DNA of 64,000 bases, from positions 64,001 through 128,000 of the forward strand of contig JAWAWX010000001.1 in NCBI GenBank assembly GCA_038897215.1, given 5' to 3'. Shown here piece after piece: positions 57,937-64,000 of this stretch. Every line of letters begins with the position of its first letter. Within the stretch, counting starts at the first letter, position 1. The position numbers and the translations under genes are program-made. The notes under the pieces are model-generated. The model was given only the letters and a program-made list of their open reading frames with translations. It made no database searches and was not told the DNA's origin. This DNA is from Acidilobaceae archaeon (GTDB taxonomy: Archaea > Thermoproteota > Thermoprotei_A > Sulfolobales > Acidilobaceae).

Positions 57937-58344
57937 GTGGGAGAGCTCGTGAAGACTGGCGTGTCTCTACCTGCTGAACTCGTCGAGAAGCTAGAGGAGA
58001 CCATGAGAGCCTTGGGGGTGAGGAACAGGTCTCAGGCTATAGCTATGGCTGTGAGAGAATTCATAGCTAGACAGGCGTGGAGTATTGATGAGAGCAGACG
58101 CGTAGCTGGAGCGGTCATGGTTCTCTACGACCACACGAAACACGATGTAGAGGAGGAGCTTACAGACACTCAACACGAGTACCTAGACGTAATAGTCTCC
58201 GTTCTCCACATCCACTTATCCAGAGAGGAGTGCATAGAGATAGTAGCCGTGAAGGGCAACGTGGGGAGAGTCAGGGAGCTCGTCAAGAGACTGGGCTCGA
58301 TAAGAGGAGTCAAGGATATCTCCACGTCTCTCACAGTCTTCTAG
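57937..58344 (+). CDS. nikR: NikR family nickel-responsive regulator
   Basis: RHH domain GVSLP...NRSQAI, YDH, QH, HIH, C ligands. Confidence 0.93.
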   Translation: MGELVKTGVSLPAELVEKLEETMRALGVRNRSQAIAMAVREFIARQAWSIDESRRVAGAVMVLYDHTKHDVEEELTDTQHEYLDVIVSVLHIHLSREECIEIVAVKGNVGRVRELVKRLGSIRGVKDISTSLTVF

Positions 58345-58364
58345 AAGATTCGGGGGCCGCGTGC

Positions 58365-59567
58365 TTGCACCTTACTCGAGAAGAGGAGAGGATACTAAGG
58401 GGAGAGGAGGGCTGGGCTAGAGCCAAGGCTCTAGAGGTAATAGTGAGAGTAGGAGAGGCTCTAGGAGCTGAGAGGCTAGTCGAGATAAAGCATGCTCACG
58501 TCTCCGGAGTATCCTACGAGAACATAGGGGAGGAGGGGCTCAAGTTCATAGAAGACCTGGCTGAGAGCGGTGCTAGATTCAAGGTCCCCGCGTCAGTGAA
58601 CCCTGTCAGCTTCGACGTGGACGAGGGGGGGCTCCCGGGGCTCTGGCAGGCTTCTCGAGTTGAGGCGGAGAAGCAGGCTAGGATACTGAAGGCTCTCTCC
58701 TCCATGGGAGCCAGGCTTACTCTCACGTGCACGCCATACTATGAGACAGCGCTCCGAGACCTAGCTCTCAGAGTCGGGGATAGCGTAGCCTGGGGCGAGT
58801 CTAGCGCTGTGGCTTACGCTAACAGCGTTCTAGGGCTTAGAACGAACAGAGAGGGGGGCCCCATAGCTCTCCTAGCCGGCATAGCCGGGAGGACGTACTA
58901 CTACGGGATGCACGTAGAGGAGGAGAGGCGCTCCAGAGTAGCCTATGAGATAGACTGGGTTGTGGAAGATGAGGCAGAAGCCGGGGTCCTGGGCTCGATC
59001 ATAGCTGAGAGACACGAGGACTCGAGACCTCCCATGCTTAGAGGGCGCGTCTCAGGAGAAGGAGCTCTCAGAGAGCTCCTGGCATCACTAGGGGTAGCGG
59101 GAGACATACCGATGATCTACCTGCCAGGCGTTAGCCCCGAGCCGGAGCCGCAGGCACTCGAGCGAGTCGAGAGAGTCTCGAGGAGAGAGGTTGAGGAGAA
59201 GCTAGAGGAGCTAAGCCCGCCCGACTCCGTGGACGTAGTCTACCTGGGATGCCCTCATCTGAGTCTCGGAGAGCTAGACCGTCTAGCTCGAGAGCTGGAG
59301 GAGAGAGGAGGAGCTAGAGCTAGAGTGATTCTCACAGCATCCCCGGAGACCTACAATCTGGCTAGAGCTCGAGGACTCATCGACAAGCTCGAGAGATACG
59401 GAGCCAGGATAGCTAGAGGGACGTGTCTCGTCGTGAGCCCCTTCTGGAAGCTGGGGCTTAGTGTTGCAACTAACAGCTTCAAAGCTTACTTCTACCTGAA
59501 GAGGAGGGGTGTGAGAGCGTACCTAGCTAGAACCAGAGACCTCTTGAGTCTGGTGGTCTCCAAGTGA
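58365..59567 (+). CDS. Aconitase X large subunit (DUF521), probable phosphomevalonate dehydratase subunit
   Basis: LTREEE, HVSGVSY, TCTPY, WGESSA, TNREGG, GCPH, TCLVVSP, TNS. TTG at 58365. Confidence 0.9.
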   Translation: MHLTREEERILRGEEGWARAKALEVIVRVGEALGAERLVEIKHAHVSGVSYENIGEEGLKFIEDLAESGARFKVPASVNPVSFDVDEGGLPGLWQASRVEAEKQARILKALSSMGARLTLTCTPYYETALRDLALRVGDSVAWGESSAVAYANSVLGLRTNREGGPIALLAGIAGRTYYYGMHVEEERRSRVAYEIDWVVEDEAEAGVLGSIIAERHEDSRPPMLRGRVSGEGALRELLASLGVAGDIPMIYLPGVSPEPEPQALERVERVSRREVEEKLEELSPPDSVDVVYLGCPHLSLGELDRLARELEERGGARARVILTASPETYNLARARGLIDKLERYGARIARGTCLVVSPFWKLGLSVATNSFKAYFYLKRRGVRAYLARTRDLLSLVVSK

Positions 59568-59950
59568 CCCCCAGAGTCTTCAAGGGGAGGCCTGTAGTCC
59601 CGGGGAGGAGCGAGGGAGAGGCTCTGGTAGTCGACTCTATAAGCTTCTACGGCGACGTAGACCCGTCTACAGGCAGGCTCTACGACGGGAGGAGCGTAGC
59701 TGGTAGAATAGTGGTAGCCGGCAGGTCTAGGGGGAGCACTGTAGGCCCCTACGTGCTCTACTCTCTCAAACAGAAAGGCTTAGAGCCTAGAGCTATCCTG
59801 CTAGCTTCTAGAAGCGACTCTGTTCTCGTAGCTGGAGCTGTTCTCGCTGAAGTCATTCTAGTCGATGAACTGCCTAGAGGTATCCTAGAGGTGAGTGATG
59901 GGGCTCGAGTAGTAGTCGAGAGAGACGGGACGGTTATAGTCTTCTCTTGA
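59564..59950 (+). CDS. Aconitase X small (swivel) subunit (DUF126)
   Basis: ISFYGDVDP, RGSTVG, GTGA overlap with the large subunit. Confidence 0.9.
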   Translation: MTPRVFKGRPVVPGRSEGEALVVDSISFYGDVDPSTGRLYDGRSVAGRIVVAGRSRGSTVGPYVLYSLKQKGLEPRAILLASRSDSVLVAGAVLAEVILVDELPRGILEVSDGARVVVERDGTVIVFS

Positions 59951-60581
59951 TAGCATCCACGGTCACAGAGTATATCTCCTCGTGGACCTCGCTCACAGAC
60001 CTAGGCTCTCCCGATTGCTTCACTCCTCTGACTCTAGCTACTCTGACTCCTCTAGCCTCCGCTCTAGCTAGAGTTGCTTCGAGAACTCTCTTGACCTCCT
60101 CGAGAATCTCTCTCTTCTCGTAGAAAGCTCTAGCTCCTCTAGCCTCTATCCTAGCTAGAGCCACTTCGACGGGGACGTCTACGTAGACCACTAGGTCTGC
60201 GTCGGGAGCTCTAGAGTTCAGAGCCTCAACCCACTCTATGCTACTCCAAGAGCCCTGGTAGGCTATGCTCGAGTACTTGTACCTATCGCTGACCACGATG
60301 TAGCCCTCCTCTAGTAACCTCAAGACCCCGGGCCCAGCGCAACTAGAGACTCTCAGATGCCAGAGCCTGTCTGCGGCGTAGAGGAGAGCCATGATGTCGC
60401 TATCTAGACTCTCCTCTCTGTAGAGGAGCTCTCTGATAAGGGAGCCTATAGGCCCCCACGTTGGCTCCTTAGTGTAGACTGCTCTATACCCCTCGCTCTT
60501 CAGCCTCTCAGCGAGTAGCCTGGAGTGAGTAGTGAGCCCCGAGCCGTCTATCCCCTCGAGTGCTACCAGGAAGCCTCTCAC
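59934..60581 (-). CDS. tmk: Thymidylate kinase
   Basis: EGIDGSG, KEPT, LYAADR, DRYKYSSIAYQG. Confidence 0.95.
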   Translation of the reverse strand: MRGFLVALEGIDGSGLTTHSRLLAERLKSEGYRAVYTKEPTWGPIGSLIRELLYREESLDSDIMALLYAADRLWHLRVSSCAGPGVLRLLEEGYIVVSDRYKYSSIAYQGSWSSIEWVEALNSRAPDADLVVYVDVPVEVALARIEARGARAFYEKREILEEVKRVLEATLARAEARGVRVARVRGVKQSGEPRSVSEVHEEIYSVTVDAIKRRL

Positions 60582-60650
60582 TAGGCTAGCACCTAGACCG
60601 AGTGCTCGATATTAGCCTCTTTACTGTTAACGCTCTCAAGGGAGCTCTCT

Positions 60651-62600
60651 GTGGCTAGAGACTCTATGAGTAGCCTGGACCTCCACGTCTGGGTTTCTCG
60701 AGGAGAAGCTGTAGACTGCTGGATCGACAACCTCTACGGAGGCTCCTCGCTCTTCTACGCTAAGCTCAGATGCAGGGAGGAGACGCGGATTCTAGCGCTA
60801 GAGCCCTCTAGGAGGCTCCACTTCACGCGAAGACCGTACCCTGAGGGAGCGGAGGGCTTCGTGGTTATGTTGAGGAGACTCGCTAGAGATAGGAGGATAG
60901 TCGGGGTCTCCCAGCTAGGCTTCGATAGAGTGGCGGTGCTAGAGCTCACGGGAGGCTACCGTCTCTACATAGAGCTCCTGCCTCGAGGAGTAGCAGTGCT
61001 CGTAGACGACGCGGGCGTAGTAAAAGCTCTCTCCCGCTCTCTTAAGACGAGAGACAGAGAGCTAGCAGTAGGCAGAGAGTACACTCCCCCTCCTCTCCAG
61101 CAACTCAACCCATTCCTCCTAGACGCTGAGAGATTGTTGAAGGCTGTGAGAGGAGGGAGAGACTTGGTGAGAGGGCTTGTGAGAGGGCTCGGGCTACCGG
61201 GAGAGGCGGCTGAGGAAGCAGTGTACAGAAGCGGGGTCTCAGCGGAGTTGAGCCCCGCGGCTTTGAGTTCCAGCGATGCGGAGAGAGTAGTGAGAGCTCT
61301 CAGCGAGATATACGGAGAGTCTCTGCAGGGAAGAGGCTACCTAATTCTAGACGAGAGAGGGAGTCCTCGAGAAGCCTCTCCCTTCAAGCCTCTGAGAGCT
61401 CCCCCGGAGAGAGTAGTTGCTCTAGAGACTCTAGACGAGGCTCTCGATGAACTCTTCTCAGCTAAGCTAGTAGAGCCACTCAGCGTCTCCGAGGAGGTGT
61501 CGGCTGAGAGAGCTAGACTAGAGGCTAGCCTAGAGGAGGCTAGGGCTAGAGCTGAACTCTACCTAGAGGAGGCTAGGAGGCTAGAGGAGGCTGCGGAGAG
61601 GCTGGCTTCTAGCTACGAGCTAGCTGAGAGCATAGTGGAGTGCGTCTCTAGACTCTGGAGAGCTAGAGCAGCGAGAGAGTGTAGTGGGGTAGTCGCCGTA
61701 GACTACTCCAGAGGCGTCTACAGCTTTGAAATCCAGGGGTTCAGATACGATGCTAGATACGGTGAAACCCCCCAGTCTATCATAACGAGACTCTACAAAG
61801 AAGCCGGCGAGGCTAGAGCTAGAGCCGAGAAGGCTCTAGAAGCGAGCGCTGAGATAGAGTCGAGGCTTAGAGAGCTGGAGACCAAGGCTAGAGTTAGAGC
61901 AATCCAGGCTAGAGCTAGAGCTAGGAGCGTGTTCTGGTTCGAGAAGTACAGGTGGAGCGTTACAACCAGCGGGCTCCTCGTGCTAGCCGGGAGAGACGCT
62001 AGCCAGAACGAGTCGCTCGTCAGGAAGCACCTCGAGGACAGCGATATATTCATGCACGCTGACATTCAGGGAGCTCCAGCAGTAGTCATCAAGACTCGGG
62101 GAGCCGAGGTTAGGAGAGAAGATGTGGAAGACGCTGCAGTCATAGCAGCATGCTATAGCAAAGCTTGGAAAGCAGGGCTCGCGTTGATAGACGTATTCTG
62201 GGTTCGGGGAAGCCAGGTCTCCAAATCCCCCCCTCCAGGCGAGTATCTGAGAAGAGGGAGCTTCATGGTATACGGGAGGAGAGAGTACGTCAAGACAGAG
62301 CTAGCTTTAGCTATAGGGGTAGCCCTAGACCCCGGGGGAGCTCCGCTAGTCCTAGCTGGTAGCGAGAGAGTAGTCTCGAAGCACTCCATAGCCTACGCTA
62401 TCATAGTTCCGGGGAGGAGGAGCTTGGAGGAGGCGGAGCTCTTGAGGAAAGCTCTCGCAGAAGCTGTCGATGAGCAGGATAGAGTCTACGTTCTAGCTGT
62501 TAGAGAGCAGGAGCTCAAAGACAAGATCCCGGGGGCCTTCAGCATACTCAAGGTCTCGAGAGGCGGGAGAGAGGTTTTCGACCCGAGGCTCTACGCTTAG
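60651..62600 (+). CDS. rqcH: NFACT/RqcH (Rqc2/NEMF homolog) ribosome quality control factor
   Basis: FDR, IEL, coiled coil, WFEKYRW, GRDASQNE, HADIQGAP, QVSKSPPPGEYL. Confidence 0.92.
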   Translation: MARDSMSSLDLHVWVSRGEAVDCWIDNLYGGSSLFYAKLRCREETRILALEPSRRLHFTRRPYPEGAEGFVVMLRRLARDRRIVGVSQLGFDRVAVLELTGGYRLYIELLPRGVAVLVDDAGVVKALSRSLKTRDRELAVGREYTPPPLQQLNPFLLDAERLLKAVRGGRDLVRGLVRGLGLPGEAAEEAVYRSGVSAELSPAALSSSDAERVVRALSEIYGESLQGRGYLILDERGSPREASPFKPLRAPPERVVALETLDEALDELFSAKLVEPLSVSEEVSAERARLEASLEEARARAELYLEEARRLEEAAERLASSYELAESIVECVSRLWRARAARECSGVVAVDYSRGVYSFEIQGFRYDARYGETPQSIITRLYKEAGEARARAEKALEASAEIESRLRELETKARVRAIQARARARSVFWFEKYRWSVTTSGLLVLAGRDASQNESLVRKHLEDSDIFMHADIQGAPAVVIKTRGAEVRREDVEDAAVIAACYSKAWKAGLALIDVFWVRGSQVSKSPPPGEYLRRGSFMVYGRREYVKTELALAIGVALDPGGAPLVLAGSERVVSKHSIAYAIIVPGRRSLEEAELLRKALAEAVDEQDRVYVLAVREQELKDKIPGAFSILKVSRGGREVFDPRLYA

Positions 62601-63832
62601 GTTATAGCCGAGTCTTTACATACAGTCCCTCTCCGTACTACTCTATGAGGCCACACCTTGCACCTCGAGAGAACAGCTCCATCCTCTATTATCGCGTTAT
62701 CGCCTACAACGCTATCCTCAATTCTCACCGACGAGCCTATCGTCGCGTGCCTCCCGATAACGCTGTTCTCGATCGAAGTCTTGCTCCCAATGCTACACCT
62801 ATCCATTACTATAGACCTAACTATTGAGACCTCGTCCCCGACTATCACGAAATTGTCTATCACAGAGTCCTCTAGAGCTACTCTAGAGCCTAGCTTGACG
62901 TGTCTGCCGAGGAGCACGTCACCACTCACTCTCAAATCACCCTCCTCTACTCTCTTCACGACCTCAGCTTGGAGTCTCTTTGAGAGCGCGGTTCTACCCT
63001 GCATCTTGAGACCCCTGTACTCTGTCTCCACATCTAGGAGGTCTCTCGTGAAGCTCTTCACGACGTAGAGCGAGGCTTCTATCAGCCTCTCGGGAGTCCC
63101 CACATCGAACCAGAACCCCTCCAGCTTGTAGCCCGCTACTCTCTCCCCCTTCTCGATCACTCTCGGTATCACGTGCATCCCGAAGTCTCCCTCTCCTCTC
63201 TCGATCATCTCGGAGAACTCTCCGGACAGCAGGAACTCGACCATCTCTCTCGATAGCAGGTATATGCCTGTATTGGCTAGATTGGAGGGAGCTTGACTGG
63301 GGTCTTTGGGCTTCTCTACAAACCCTCTAATCAAGCCCTCTGAGTCTAGCTTGGCGACACCGAAGTGCTTGAGCTCTCTCGGGTCGCTGATCTCTTTGAG
63401 GGCTATCGTCATGAAAGCCTTCTTAGACTCGTGGTACTCATACATGTCTCTAACGTTCACCGAGGCCAGAGTGTCGCACTGGACTACGAGAACCGGCTCT
63501 CTTATGCTGTAGTACTCTAGGAGTAGCCTCACGGAGTGAGCGTTGCCCACAGTGCTCGCGTTGGGCTGGTAGCGGACTCTGACCACCTTGTACTCTCTCC
63601 CCCCGAGAGGGACTCTGAAGTAGGAGCCTAGGTGGTCGTGTAGAGTCTTGTAGTTAGTATACCCGCTGACGCCCAGATAGAACTCCTCGATTCCCTCTAG
63701 AGCTAGGAGCTGTACTATGAAGTCTATGAGGAATCTGTTGGCTAGCCTCACCATAGCTTTAGATGTCTCTACCGTGAGCGGGTAGAGGCGAGTGCCGAGC
63801 CCGCCCACCGGGATCAAGGCTTTCGTGATTAT
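62597..63832 (-). CDS. NDP-sugar pyrophosphorylase family protein with LbH domain (AUA start proposed)
   Basis: KALIPVGGLGTRLYPLT, FVEKP, NTGIY, WFDVGTP, hexapeptide tail. The ORF-track TTG at 63817 cuts the first beta strand. Confidence 0.88.
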   Translation of the reverse strand: MITKALIPVGGLGTRLYPLTVETSKAMVRLANRFLIDFIVQLLALEGIEEFYLGVSGYTNYKTLHDHLGSYFRVPLGGREYKVVRVRYQPNASTVGNAHSVRLLLEYYSIREPVLVVQCDTLASVNVRDMYEYHESKKAFMTIALKEISDPRELKHFGVAKLDSEGLIRGFVEKPKDPSQAPSNLANTGIYLLSREMVEFLLSGEFSEMIERGEGDFGMHVIPRVIEKGERVAGYKLEGFWFDVGTPERLIEASLYVVKSFTRDLLDVETEYRGLKMQGRTALSKRLQAEVVKRVEEGDLRVSGDVLLGRHVKLGSRVALEDSVIDNFVIVGDEVSIVRSIVMDRCSIGSKTSIENSVIGRHATIGSSVRIEDSVVGDNAIIEDGAVLSRCKVWPHRVVRRGTVCKDSAIT

Positions 63833-64000
63833 GACTCGAGCACCTCTCCCCGCTCTTCACTCATTAGATCGCCTCGCTCAGCTAATATACTTCTCCTTTC
63901 TCGTCTCAGGAGGCTCGATAGCTCTCTGTAGCCGCATCTCTCTAGAGCCTCAGCGGGCTCTCTGAGAGCGAAGACTTCTCTGAGCCACCTCTCGAAGTCT
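63829..64000 (-). CDS. 3' end of a gene truncated by the window edge (DUF5752-like DFxxW motif)
   Basis: Frame DFERWLREVFALREPAEALERC...GEVLES* ending at TAA 63831-63829. Confidence 0.55.
   Translation of the reverse strand, partial: DFERWLREVFALREPAEALERCGYRELSSLLRRERRSILAERGDLMSEERGEVLES

Noticed and set aside
1-64000. CRISPR arrays, IS elements, defence systems, rRNA
   Set aside because: No regularly spaced repeats, transposase, cas or nuclease-defence genes, or rRNA signatures seen.

Overview
Gene-dense 64 kb segment of a hyperthermophilic crenarchaeal (Thermoproteota) chromosome, most consistent with an Aeropyrum/Acidilobus-like Desulfurococcales organism. Evidence: Rpo13-like RNAP subunit, Aeropyrum-type CysO, aconitase-X pair, many UUG/GUG starts. 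Content is mostly housekeeping: a probably non-catalytic proteasome beta subunit, EndoV, pstSCA, glmS, cdc48, an RNA m5C methyltransferase, tRNA-His, a six-gene MoxR/DUF58 cluster, tyrS, the rps15-RecJ/Cdc45-pcc1-rps3ae and rpl15e-DUF54-rnp3 strings, a flippase/GT4/deacetylase operon, a peptide ABC system, split MetE, feoAB with a DtxR-type operator, fur, translin, nikR, tmk and NFACT/RqcH. I found no CRISPR array, transposase, integrase or rRNA. Reading beyond the ORF track added: (1) two box C/D guide RNAs flanking cdc48, one predicted to methylate U34 of tRNA-Gln; (2) two genes the track missed, pcc1 and tatA; (3) four conserved genes that appear to need non-canonical starts, two at AUA within 4-nt stop/start overlaps (AUAG, AUAA) and two at CUG behind strong Shine-Dalgarno motifs; (4) a PIG-A-like lipid glycosylation/deacetylation operon; (5) a hendecad coiled-coil stalk in the ABC binding protein; (6) marked CTAG enrichment, with convergent genes sharing CTAG double stops. 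All family assignments come from motif recognition by eye, not database searches.
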